From positions 15,254,001 to 15,318,000 of the forward strand of contig NC_087245.1 in NCBI RefSeq assembly GCF_037042905.1: DNA of 64,000 nt, in the 5' to 3' direction. This DNA is from Lytechinus pictus. Lineage: Eukaryota. Below, piece after piece: positions 55,301-64,000 of this stretch (positions are counted from its first letter, which is position 1; each line of letters opens with the position of its first letter). The notes below the pieces were generated by a model that made no database searches, was not told where the DNA came from, and worked only from the letters and a program-made list of their open reading frames with translations. Position numbers and translations under genes: made by a program.

Positions 55301-58300
55301 TACATTACAGGGAACAATTGGCACAATATCTGGAAACATTCCAGAATATGGATAATGTATGAATGGCAGTAAACACAGTTTGGTCAAGTTTGTGAGAAAA
55401 GGACCATTTTTTATAAATGCTTTGGTTACTCTTTTAGTGAAGAAGGGAAGGGTAAAGTGTCAGAGATGATACTTTATCACTCAAAAATCATAGGGATGGG
55501 GTCACCCTTCCTGCCCTTCCTTTTGTGTCACCGACTTGATATCACAAGCCAGAAAGCAGATGGACAGATGATCATCTTTGAAAAGCTAGTTCGTTGTTCC
55601 ATTCTGTGCATGATGAGAATAAGGTCATTCGAACTCAAATAGCATGAAAGTTTTAATATTCTTTTGAATTGTGCTTTTCATTAGATCCTCCGGAATCAGA
55701 AATGAGTCAATGAGCAAGTGGTATTTAAGAGTTGGCCAAGTACATTGGAAAAAGTAACATGCTAATGTATTAAAAGTAGAATTGCCACAAATACCTTGAT
55801 AAAGTATTTATTGATATGCTATTCTAGTCACCAGTTCCATTCAATTTCTGCCTGCTATGTCAGGCATATTTAGATATTAATATCTTGCTTTGTGATTTAC
55901 CCATCCTTATGAAAGAAAGGAAGGGTCAGTTGTATAAACTTGCCGATGAGGCAAAGAGGAGCTTGTCTTTTGGAGAAATGATAGTTTCTATGTTGGTAGT
56001 GAATGTTGATTTACTGATTGATAGTTATTGGAGGCGCGATAGCTCAGTCGGTAGAGCGGGGTACTTGTATTCCGGTGACCCGGGTTCGATTCCCACTTTG
56101 TGCGCTAGTGCCCTTTGGTAAGGCATTAATCCTCATTACCAGGTCCTTTGGAGAGGACCTTAAGCCGTCGGTCCTCTGGTTGCTTGCTTTGCTTACAAGC
56201 ATTCATGCTTTCTTAGCAATCAGGTAAAAAATCACCACCATCAATATATAGATGGCTATGGTGAGATATTTATGTATGTTATAATTATATATGTACATGT
56301 AGGTGTAATAAATGGTTACCCTGTAGAAAGAAATTCCACAAATGCTTTGGGCCTAGGCAGTCGGTAAAATGCTAGGGTATGAATACCATCATCATGTTAA
56401 GCCAGACCTGCTCGGATAACGGTTTTGGGAACTGAAGTGGCTACCCCTGGTAAAAATGTTGTTGTTATTATTATTATTAGTATTATTGCTATGATTAATA
56501 TGAATTTCAATTATTAGTATTATTAGCATTATTTTATCATTAGTGTTCTCATGAAGGTGTTTCTTTTATTATATTCAGAGATGGACTTGAGTTTTATTTG
56601 TATTACCTTGCTCAGGTAAATTTATTTTCTTGTTGTTGTGGTATTAATTGGTTTGAAATTAATTGCTTCACCAGCTTGTCCTGATATGTCATGACAATTG
56701 CAGAATACTCAACTATTACTACATGTAGAACTCCTTATACTGCACTTTCTCCCTCTCTTTAATGTAACACTTAAAATGACTTTTTTCCAGTCATATTCTA
56801 CTACTTTATTGGCAATCCAAAACTCCTTTTGTCTTGCAGAGTGTGTTCCCAGCAGAGATTACAAATGTATTTGGACTGACTGGATTAATGATGATTCTGG
56901 ACAAATGCAATCTGAGAGTGCTCCAGCTGAGGAAGTTGAACTTCTTGCAGATGCCCGGCACTTCCCCGGTTTCCCTGAAGATTGCAGCGTATTCGGTATC
57001 CGGTGCAGGACAGTAGACACACATGTGTTGTGGAATGAAACTACTGACGCTGTTACCGTTGATGTGAATACAGGTCTTCGTTGTATTAATATACTAGGAA
57101 GACCAATATGTCTGGACTATGAATGTAGCTGGCTGTGCTGCAGTTGGCACACTGTCACTTGCTCACCACCTGGAACAACCACAGAAGGTAGTTGCATCAA
57201 TCAAGTATTTTCACTAATTCCTGGTAGTATGACCAATGTCACTATAAATATGCATTTAAAAGTTTTGTTAATTGGAAAACATGTGTGTTGTCGTGATAAG
57301 GAAGTAATGGATAAAGATAAGAGTTTTTTTTTAAAGACAAACACGATATCTACATGTATGTTTTTTTTCTTCTTAATATCATTTGAAAATAAGGTATTGT
57401 GGGGAAAGTGTCGCTCTTGGTGTCAATATTCATGTCAAAGATGCTCTTTTAAGTTATTGAAATTTGTTTGAATTTCATTATCGAACAGTTTCATTGGAGG
57501 AGCTGTACAGAAATTTAGTGAATTTACCCTTTGTTATGGAATATTTCATGAACATTATGATTGGTGAAAATTGAATCAAACAGAAATGAAATGTGATTTG
57601 AAAAGAAGAAATGTGAAAGGAGCATGATTGTGAAAGATTTACAGGATGGGAAAAACAGTAGGATAGTTTTGAATTGTAGATTAATGACAGTAATCCTGTT
57701 TGGGGATTTCAGTTTTGTCACATACATGTACGTGATGTCATTGTGATATAGGGCAACGACTTGCTCAATTTAATAGAAATGATTTGTCTGCATTTTTTTT
57801 AAAGTTAAAGATTTCCTTTTTCATTTTGAATTGGATACTTGCAGACATAATATTCTGTTACCATGGTTGATTTCCTTTTAATTGCGTTTCATTTGCTACT
57901 TACTTTGGAACAGAATATTGTCATATTTCATCCTTTATGATAATATACATCTAGTTCTTCTTTACATGAACAAATCTAGGAACAACAACTGGAACCACTA
58001 TAGAAACAACAACAGGCACTACAACAGGAACAACAACTGGAACCACTATAGAAACAACAACAGGTACCACAACAGGAACAACAACTGGAACCACAACAGG
58101 AACAACTACAGGTACCACAACAGGAACAACAACAGGAACCACAACAGGTACCACAACAGGTACCAGAACAGGAACAACAACTGGAACCACTCCAGGAACA
58201 ACTCCAGCCACCACAACAGGTACATTACAGGGAACAATTGGCACAATATCTGGAAACATTCTAGAATTTGGATAATGTATGAATGGCAGTAGACACAGTA

Positions 58301-61300
58301 AGATCAAGTTTGTGAGAAAAGGACCATTTTTTATAAATGCTTTGGTTACTCTTTTAGTGAAGAAGGGAAGGGTAAAGTGTCAGAGATGATACTTTATCAC
58401 TCAAAAATCATAGGGATGGGGTCACCCTTCCTGCCCTTCCTTTTGTGTCACCGACTTGATATCACCAGCCAGAAAGGAGATGGACAGATGATCATCTTTG
58501 AAAAGCTAGTTCGTTGTTCCATTCTGTGCATGATGAGAATAAGGTCATTCGAACTCAAATAGCATGAAAGTTTTAATATTCTTTTGAATTGTGCTTTTCA
58601 TTAGATCCTCCGGAATCAGAAATGAGTCAATGAGCAAGTGGTATTTAAGAGTTGGCCAAGTACATTGGAAAAAGTAACATGCTAATGTATTAAAAGTAGA
58701 ATTGCCACAAATACCTTGATAAAGTATTTATTGATATGCTATTCTAGTCACCAGTTCCATTCAATTTCTGCCTGCTATGTCAGGCATATTTAGATATTAA
58801 TATCTTGCTTTGTGATTTACCCATCCTTATGAAAGAAAGGAAGGGTCAATTGTATAAACTTGCCGATGAGGCAAAGAGGAGCTTGTCTTTTGCAGAAATG
58901 ATAGTTTCTATGTTGGTAGTGAATGTTGATTTACTGATTGATAGTTATTGGAGGCGCGATAGCTCAGTCGGTAGAGCGGGGTACTCGTATTCCGGTGACC
59001 CAGGTTCGATTCCCACTTTGTGCGCTAGTGCCCTTTGGTAAGGCATTAATCCTCATTACCAGGTCCTTCGGAGAGGACCTTAAGCCGTCGGTCCTCTGGT
59101 TGCTTGCTTACAAGCATTCATGCTTTCTTAGCAATCAGGTAAAAAATCACCACCATCAATATATAGATGGCTATGGTGAGATATTTATGTATGTTATAAT
59201 TATATGTGTACATGTAGGTGTAATAAATGGTTACCCTGTAGAAAGAAATTCCACAAATGCTTTGGGCCTAGGCAGTCCGTCAAATGCTAGGGTATGAATA
59301 CCATCATCATGTTAAGCCAGACCTGCTCGGATAACAGTTTTGGGAACTGAAGTGGCTACCCCTGGTAAAAATGTTGTTGTTATTATTATTATTAGTATTA
59401 TTGCTATGATTAATATGAATTTCAATTATTAGTATTATTAGCATTATTTTATCATTAGTGTTCTCATGAAGGCATTTCTTTTATTATATTCAGAGATGGA
59501 CTTGAGTTTTATTTGCATTACCTTGCTCAGGTAAATTTATTTTCTTGTTGTTGTGGTATTAATTGTTTTGAAATTAATTGCTTCACCAGCTTGTCCTGAT
59601 ATGTCATGACAATTGCAGAATACTCAACTATTACTACATGTAGAACTCCTTATACTGCACTTTCTCCCTCTCTTTAATGTAACACTTAAAATGACTTTTT
59701 TCCAGTCATATTCTACTACTTTATTGGCAATCCAAAACTCCTTTTGTCTTGCAGAGTGTGTTCCCAGCAGAGATTACAAATGTATTTGGACTGACTGGAT
59801 TAATGATGATTCTGGACAAATGCAATCTGAGAGTGCTCCAGCTGAGGAAGTTGAACTTCTTGCAGATGCCCGGCACTTCCCCGGTTTCCCTGAAGATTGC
59901 AGCGTATTCGGTATCCGGTGCAGGACAGTAGACACACATGTGTTGTGGAATGAAACTACTGACGCTGTTACCGTTGATGTGAATACAGGTCTTCGTTGTA
60001 TTAATATACTAGGAAGACCAATATGTCTGGACTATGAATGTAGCTGGCTGTGCTGCAGTTGGCACACTGTCACTTGCTCACCACCTGGAACAACCACAGA
60101 AGGTAGTTGCATCAATCAAGTATTTTCACTAATTCCTGGTAGTATGACCAATGTCACTATAAATATGCATTTAAAAGTTTTGTTAAATGGAAAACATGTG
60201 TGTTGTCGTGATAAGGAAGTAATGGATAAAGATAAGAGCTTTTTTTTAAAGACAAACGCGATATCTACATGTATGTTTTTTTTCTTCTTAATATCATTTG
60301 AAAATAAGGTATTGTGGGGAAAGTGTCGCTCTTGGTGTCAATATTCATGTGAAAGATGCTCTTTTAAGTTATTGAAATTTGTTTGAATTTCATTATCAAA
60401 CAGTTTCATTGGAGGAGCTGTACACAAATTTAGTGAATTTACCCTTTGTTATGGAATATTTCATGAACATTATGATTGGTGAAAATTGAATCAAACACAA
60501 ATGAAATGTGATTTGAAAAGAAGAAATGTGAAAGGAGCATGATTGTGAAAGATTTACAGGATGGGAAAAACAGTAGGATAGTTTTGAATTGTAGATTAAT
60601 GACAGTAATCCTGTTTGGGGATTTCAGTTTTGTCACATACATGTACGTGATGTCATTGTGATATAGGGCAACGACTTGCTCAATTTAATAGAAATGATTT
60701 GTCTGCATTTTTTTTTAAGTTAAAGATTTCCTTTTTCATTTTGAATTGGATACTTGCAGACATAATATTGTGTTACCATGGCTGATTTCCTTTGAATTGC
60801 GTTTCATTTGCTACTTACTTTGGAACAGAATATTGTCATATTTCATCCTTTATGATAATATACATCTAGTTCTTCTTTACATGAACAAATCTAGGAACAA
60901 CAACTGGAACCACTATAGAAACAACAACAGGCACTACAACAGGAACAACAACTGGAACCACTATAGAAACAACAACAGGTACCACAACAGGAACAACAAC
61001 TGGAACCACAACAGGTACCACAACAGGAACAACAACTGGAACCACAACAGGTACCACAACAGGAACAACAACTGGAACCACTCCAGCCACCACAACAGGT
61101 ACCACACAGGGAACAATTCGCACAATATCTGGAAACATTCCAGAATATGGATAATGTATGAATGGCAGTAGACACAGTTAGGTCAAGTTTGTGAGAAAAG
61201 GACAATTTTTTATAAATGCTTTGGTTACTCTTTAAGTGAAGAAGGGAAGGGTAAAGTGTCAGAGATGATACTTTATCACTCAAAAATCATAGGGATGGGG

Positions 61301-63740
61301 TCACCCTTCCTGCCCTTCCTTTTGTGTCACCGACTTGATATCACCAGCCAGAAAGCAGATGGACATATGATCATCTTTGAAAAGCTAGTTCGTTGTTCCA
61401 TTCTGTGCATGATGAGAATAAGGTCATTTGAACTCAAATAGCATGATAGTTTTAATATTCTTTTGAATTGTGCTTATCATTAGATCCTCCGGAAGCAGAA
61501 ATTAGTCAATGAGCAAGTGGTATTTAAGAGTTGGCCAAGTACATTGGAAAAGCAACATGCTAATGTATTAAAAGTAGAATTGCGACAAATACCTTGATAA
61601 AGTCACTAGTCACTAGTCACTAGTTCCATTCAATTTCTGCCTGCTATGTCAGGCATATTTAGATATTAATATCTTGCTTTGTGATTTACCCATCCTTATG
61701 AAAGAAAGGAAGGGTCAATTGTATAAACTTGCCGATGAGGTAAAGAGGAGCTTGTCTATTGCAGAAATTATAGTTTCCAGTTTGATAGTGAATATTGATT
61801 TACTGATTGATAGATATAATGATATGTGTAGGTGTAATAAATGGTTACCCTGTAGGAAGAAATTCCACAAATGCTTTGGGCCTAGGCAGTCTGTCAAATG
61901 CTAGGGTATGAATACCATCATCATGTTAAGCCAGACCTGCTCGGATAACAGTTTTGGGAACTGAAGTGGCTACCCCTGGTAAAAATGTTGTTGTTATTAT
62001 CATTATTAATATTATTGCTATGATTAATATGATTATCGATTATTAGTATTATTAGCATTATTTTATCATTAGTGTTCTCATGAAGGTGTTTCTTTCATTA
62101 TATTCAGAGATGGACTTGAGTTTTATTTGTATTACCTTGCTCAGGTAAATTTATTTTCTTGTTGTTGCGGTATTAATTGGTTTGAAATTAATTGCTTCAC
62201 CAGCTTGTCCTGATATGGAATGACAATTGCATAATACTCAACTATTACTAGAACTCCTTATACTGCACTTTCTCCCACTCTTTAATGTAACACTTAAAAT
62301 GACTTTTTTCCAGTCATATTCTACTACTTTATTGGCAATCCAAAACTCCTTTTGTCTTGCAGAGTGTGTTCCCAGCAGAGATTACAAATGTATTTGGACT
62401 GACTGGATTAATGATGATTCTGGACAAATGCAATCTGAGAGTGCTCCAGCTGAGGAAGTTGAACTTCTTGCAGATGCCCGGCACTTCCCCGGTTTCCCCG
62501 AAGAATGCAACGTATTCGGTATCCGGTGCAGGACAGTAGACACACATGTGTCGTGGAATGAAACTACTGACGCTGTTACCGTTGATGTAAATACAGGTCT
62601 TCGCTGTATTAATATACTAGGAAGACCAATTTGTCTGGACTATGAATGTAGCTGGCTGTGCTGCAGTTGGCACACTGTCACTTGCTCACCACCTGGAACA
62701 ACCACAGAAGGTAGTTGCATCAATCAAGTATTTTCACTAATTCCTGGTAGTATGACCAATATCACTATAAATATGCATTTAAAAGTTTTGTTAATTGAAA
62801 AACATGTGTGTTGTCATGATGCGGAAGTAAAGGATAAAGAAAAAAGTTTTTTTTTAGACAAACACGGTATCTACATGTATGTTTTTTTTCTTCCTAATAT
62901 CATTTGAAAATAAGGTATTGTGGGGAAAGTGTCGCTCTTGGTGTCAATATTCATGTCAAAGATGCTCTTTTAAGTTATTGAGATTTGTTTGAATTTCATT
63001 ATCGAACAGTTTCATTGGAGGAGCTGTACAGAAATTTAGTGAATTTACCCTTTGTTATGGAATATTTCATGAACATTATGATTGGTGAAAATTGAATCAA
63101 ACACAAATGAAATGTGATTTGAAAAGAAGAAATGTGAAAGGAGCATGATTGTGAAAGATTTACAGGATGGGAAAAACAGTAGGATAGTTTTGAATTGTAG
63201 ATTAATGACAGTAATCCTGTTTGGGGATTTCAGTTTTGTCACATACATGTACGTGATGTCATTGCGATATAGGGCAACGACTTGCTCAATTTAATAGAAA
63301 TGATTTGTCTGCATTTTTTTCAAAGTTAAAGATTTCCTTTTTCATTTTGAATTGGATACTTGCAGACATAATATTCTGTTACCATGGTTCATTTCCTTTT
63401 AATTGCGTTTCATTTGCTACTTACTTTGGAACAGAATATTGTCATATTTCATCCTTTATGATAATATACATCTAGTTCTTCTTTACATGAACAAATCTAG
63501 GAACAACAACTGGAACCACTATAGAAACAACAACAGGCACTACAACAGGAACAACAACTGGAACCACTATAGAAACAACAACAGGTACCACGACAGGAAC
63601 AACAACTGGAACCACAACAGGTACCACAACAGGAACAACAACTGGAACCACAACAGGTACCACAACAGGAACAACAACTGGAACCACAACAGGTACCACA
63701 ACAGGAACAACAACTGGAACCACTCCAGCCACCACAACAG
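1031..63740 (+). CDS. Internal part of a giant mucin-like gene: 19 x (CysD/WxxW exon + Thr/Gly PTS exon); about 13.5 kb coding (~4,500 aa) if fully spliced; both ends outside the window
   Basis: All exons are bounded by AG/GT, are multiples of 3 nt, are phase 1-1 and lack stops. The CysD motifs C-x-W-x-x-W, C-R, GLxC, C-x-DYE and CC match the CysD (Mucin2_WxxW) domain of MUC2/MUC5-type mucins. Confidence 0.85.
2212..2994 (+). CDS. PTS exon 1 (GTTP/GTTT repeats, 783 bp)
   Basis: Acceptor tctaaag|gc. The GT at 2995 is the only GT I could find between the acceptor and the in-frame TGA at 3039-3041. Confidence 0.8.
3761..3940 (+). mobile_element. Old 5'-truncated SINE (3' part plus ATT tail); homologues occur in the intron upstream of the other CysD exons
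   Basis: ggtgaggtaaatggttacc...gaactgaagtggctacccctggta followed by (att)n. The start aligns with the body of the SINE at 22775-23035 (ggtgaggagaatgggtacc). Confidence 0.65.
4268..4633 (+). CDS. CysD exon 2 (type A, 366 bp)
   Basis: ctgcag|agt...gaag|gtaggc; protein identical to exon 1. Confidence 0.88.
5450..6457 (+). CDS. PTS exon 2 (up to 1008 bp)
   Basis: atctag|ga...acag|gtacaa; earlier identical donors exist, so the end is uncertain. Confidence 0.7.
6987..7193. mobile_element. ~200 bp MITE-like insertion unique to this intron
   Basis: Imperfect TIRs ggccacacagaaatgttgttag (6994-7015) and ctaacaatgtttctgtgtggtc (7165-7186); absent from paralogous introns. Confidence 0.7.
7753..8508 (+). 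mobile_element. DINE-1/Helentron-associated non-autonomous element (HINE-like), 756 bp
   Basis: Inserted between T|T of the empty site ggtactaat|tggtttg. SubTIRs tgtatctcccgaac (7753-7766) and gttcgggggataca (8459-8472); 5' hairpin ccgaac-aga-gttcgg; short GCC run; two ~153 bp internal repeats (7811, 7964); 3' hairpin tgcttggc/gccgagca; CTAGT end. Confidence 0.8.
8706..9053 (+). CDS. CysD exon 3 (type B, 348 bp)
   Basis: ttgcag|agtg...gaag|gtagtt; CIWTEW. Confidence 0.88.
9804..9983 (+). CDS. PTS exon 3 (180 bp)
   Basis: atctag|ga...acag|gtacaa. Confidence 0.72.
10508..10555 (-). ncRNA. Minimal type I hammerhead ribozyme in the Penelope pLTR
   Basis: Minus strand: cauucuc CUGAGGA cgacaag aacaca cuugucG AAA cGUC gagauug. 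Core CUGANGA, 7 bp stem II, GAAA, palindromic ACGU stem III, GUC cleavage triplet, stem I with one mismatch. Confidence 0.88.
10827..12640 (-). pseudogene. Penelope RT-GIY-YIG polyprotein remnant (5' truncated, one in-frame stop at 11476-11478, one frameshift near 11040)
   Basis: ADKGNATVV, GxPKIHK-PLRPIVS, SFDVESLFT, GAAMGSPLSP, RYVDD, VYRKPTHTDRYL, then GVYQIPCECGKVYIGETGR and SAIIDH...REALEI. Confidence 0.92.
13557..13904 (+). CDS. CysD exon 4 (type B)
   Basis: ttgcag|...gaag|gtacat. Confidence 0.88.
14657..15004 (+). CDS. PTS exon 4 (348 bp)
   Basis: atctag|...acag|gtacaa. Confidence 0.72.
16293..16640 (+). CDS. CysD exon 5 (type B)
   Basis: ttgcag|...gaag|gtacat. Confidence 0.88.
17394..17777 (+). 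CDS. PTS exon 5 (384 bp)
   Basis: atctag|...acag|gtacaa. Confidence 0.72.
19069..19416 (+). CDS. CysD exon 6 (type B)
   Basis: ttgcag|...gaag|gtacat. Confidence 0.88.
20211..20522 (+). CDS. PTS exon 6 (312 bp)
   Basis: atctag|...acag|gtacat. Confidence 0.72.
21253..21460 (+). mobile_element. tRNA-derived SINE, copy 1 of 12
   Basis: A box tagctcagtcggtagagc, B box ggttcgattcc, then a non-tRNA body with hairpin aggtcct-tcggag-aggacct; absent from units 1-6 and 19. Confidence 0.85.
22059..22406 (+). CDS. CysD exon 7 (type C)
   Basis: ttgcag|...gaag|gtagtt; CIWTDW. Confidence 0.88.
22506..22638. repeat. DIRS ITR core (3' copy); partner at 27143-27279
   Basis: gaggatagcatttcccagg...gtaaccatcttttcaa is the reverse complement of 27153-27279 (one indel seen). 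Confidence 0.95.
22775..23035 (+). mobile_element. tRNA-derived SINE nested in the DIRS element (resembles sea-urchin SINE2/SURF-type elements)
   Basis: A box gtggtctagtggtta, B box ggttcaaattcc, body gtgctgcactcaacccaggtgaggagaatgggtacc, LINE-like tail gcgctatat. Confidence 0.8.
23115..23231. other. DIRS internal complementary region (ICR)
   Basis: 23115-23191 is the reverse complement of the left terminus 22435-22511; 23187-23231 is the reverse complement of the right terminus 27269-27313; the halves meet at gaattc. Confidence 0.92.
23590..24340 (-). pseudogene. Decayed DIRS tyrosine recombinase
   Basis: Motif remnants read by eye, in the expected order: YPFTW (24267-24281), LLTAITS/QRAQTL (24106-24143), YSTM (for HSTR), SSEAIFAS; many stops and frameshifts. 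Confidence 0.6.
24480..25740 (-). pseudogene. Decayed DIRS RT/RNase H
   Basis: Motif remnants read by eye: MIMDL (~25715), YIED for YxDD (25419-25430), GF...PTQ (25267-25311), IIEL/AIY (~24520). Confidence 0.55.
27143..27279. repeat. DIRS ITR core (5' copy)
   Basis: Reverse complement of 22506-22638. Confidence 0.95.
28073..28384 (+). CDS. PTS exon 7 (312 bp)
   Basis: atctag|...acag|gtacat. Confidence 0.72.
29115..29322 (+). mobile_element. tRNA-derived SINE copy 2
   Basis: Near-identical to copy 1, same intron position. Confidence 0.85.
29921..30268 (+). CDS. CysD exon 8 (type C)
   Basis: Same splice sites and motifs as exon 7. Confidence 0.88.
31061..31348 (+). CDS. PTS exon 8 (288 bp)
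   Basis: atctag|...acag|gtacat. Confidence 0.72.
32079..32286 (+). mobile_element. tRNA-derived SINE copy 3
   Basis: As copy 1. Confidence 0.85.
32885..33232 (+). CDS. CysD exon 9 (type C)
   Basis: Same splice sites and motifs as exon 7. Confidence 0.88.
34025..34312 (+). CDS. PTS exon 9 (288 bp)
   Basis: atctag|...acag|gtacat. Confidence 0.72.
35043..35250 (+). mobile_element. tRNA-derived SINE copy 4
   Basis: As copy 1. Confidence 0.85.
35849..36196 (+). CDS. CysD exon 10 (type C)
   Basis: Same splice sites and motifs as exon 7. Confidence 0.88.
36989..37276 (+). CDS. PTS exon 10 (288 bp)
   Basis: atctag|...acag|gtacat. Confidence 0.72.
38007..38214 (+). mobile_element. tRNA-derived SINE copy 5
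   Basis: As copy 1. Confidence 0.85.
38813..39160 (+). CDS. CysD exon 11 (type C)
   Basis: Same splice sites and motifs as exon 7. Confidence 0.88.
39953..40240 (+). CDS. PTS exon 11 (288 bp)
   Basis: atctag|...acag|gtacat. Confidence 0.72.
40971..41178 (+). mobile_element. tRNA-derived SINE copy 6
   Basis: As copy 1. Confidence 0.85.
41777..42124 (+). CDS. CysD exon 12 (type C)
   Basis: Same splice sites and motifs as exon 7. Confidence 0.88.
42918..43205 (+). CDS. PTS exon 12 (288 bp)
   Basis: atctag|...acag|gtacat. Confidence 0.72.
43936..44143 (+). mobile_element. tRNA-derived SINE copy 7
   Basis: As copy 1. Confidence 0.85.
44741..45088 (+). CDS. CysD exon 13 (type C)
   Basis: Same splice sites and motifs as exon 7. 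Confidence 0.88.
45881..46264 (+). CDS. PTS exon 13 (384 bp)
   Basis: atctag|...acag|gtacat. Confidence 0.72.
46995..47202 (+). mobile_element. tRNA-derived SINE copy 8
   Basis: As copy 1. Confidence 0.85.
47800..48147 (+). CDS. CysD exon 14 (type C)
   Basis: Same splice sites and motifs as exon 7. Confidence 0.88.
48940..49371 (+). CDS. PTS exon 14 (432 bp)
   Basis: atctag|...acag|gtacat. Confidence 0.72.
50102..50309 (+). mobile_element. tRNA-derived SINE copy 9
   Basis: As copy 1. Confidence 0.85.
50908..51255 (+). CDS. CysD exon 15 (type C)
   Basis: Same splice sites and motifs as exon 7. Confidence 0.88.
52048..52335 (+). CDS. PTS exon 15 (288 bp)
   Basis: atctag|...acag|gtacat. 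Confidence 0.72.
53066..53273 (+). mobile_element. tRNA-derived SINE copy 10
   Basis: As copy 1. Confidence 0.85.
53872..54219 (+). CDS. CysD exon 16 (type C)
   Basis: Same splice sites and motifs as exon 7. Confidence 0.88.
55012..55299 (+). CDS. PTS exon 16 (288 bp)
   Basis: atctag|...acag|gtacat. Confidence 0.72.
56030..56242 (+). mobile_element. tRNA-derived SINE copy 11 (visibly diverged; 5 bp duplication)
   Basis: As copy 1, with a few substitutions and ttgcttgctttgctt. Confidence 0.85.
56840..57187 (+). CDS. CysD exon 17 (type C, WINDDS variant)
   Basis: ttgcag|...gaag|gtagtt. Confidence 0.88.
57980..58219 (+). CDS. PTS exon 17 (240 bp)
   Basis: atctag|...acag|gtacat. Confidence 0.72.
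58950..59157 (+). mobile_element. tRNA-derived SINE copy 12
   Basis: As copy 1. Confidence 0.85.
59755..60102 (+). CDS. CysD exon 18 (type C, WINDDS variant)
   Basis: ttgcag|...gaag|gtagtt. Confidence 0.88.
60895..61098 (+). CDS. PTS exon 18 (204 bp)
   Basis: atctag|...acag|gtacca. Confidence 0.68.
62363..62710 (+). CDS. CysD exon 19 (C/B mosaic: EECNVFG, HVSW)
   Basis: ttgcag|...gaag|gtagtt. Confidence 0.88.
63501..63740 (+). CDS. PTS exon 19 (240 bp)
   Basis: atctag|...acag|gtacca. Confidence 0.68.
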
Positions 63741-64000
63741 GTACCACACAGGGAACAATTGGCACAATATCTGGAAACATTCCAGAGTATGGATAATGTA
63801 TGAATGGCAGTAGACACAATTAGGTCAAGTTTGTGAGAAAAGGACCATTTTTTATAAATGCTTTGGTTACTCTTTTAGTGAAGAAGGGAAGGATAAAGTG
63901 TCAGAGATGATACTTTATCACTCAAAAATCATAGGGATGGGGTCACCCTTCCTGCCCTTCCTTTTGTGTCACCGACTTGATATCACCAGCCAGAAAGGAG

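Larger units (their letters stand above)
1..64000. repeat. Tandem array of ~2.7-3.2 kb gene modules (19 units plus partial flanks); period of exactly 2964 bp between CysD exons 8-13
   Basis: CysD exon starts 29921, 32885, 35849, 38813, 41777 and 44741 differ by 2964. Introns are nearly identical between neighbouring units. Confidence 0.97.

Noticed and set aside
1..64000. CRISPR array or other prokaryotic system
   Set aside because: There is no repeat-unique spacer pattern. Spliceosomal introns, SINEs and metazoan retroelements show this is animal DNA.

Overview
AT-rich, intron-containing animal DNA. The SINE sequences suggest an echinoderm or sea urchin (inference). The whole window is the interior of one very large + strand mucin-like gene built by tandem duplication of a ~2.7-3.2 kb two-exon module. 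It has 19 CysD/WxxW-domain exons (348 or 366 bp) alternating with 19 Thr/Gly-rich PTS exons (about 180-1008 bp, 12-nt repeat). All exons are phase 1-1 and give ~4,500 codons if all are spliced. Neither gene end is in the window. The introns carry: a ~200 bp MITE; a 756 bp DINE-1/Helentron-type element; a 5'-truncated Penelope-like retroelement with an inverted tail, a TSD and a minimal hammerhead ribozyme; a 4.87 kb DIRS1-type element with near-perfect ITRs and internal complementary region but heavily decayed RT/RNaseH/tyrosine-recombinase sequence; a tRNA-derived SINE co-amplified 12 times with the module; and an old SINE tail in the units. Most ORFs in the track are off-frame or antisense artefacts. 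PTS exon 3' ends are inferred.
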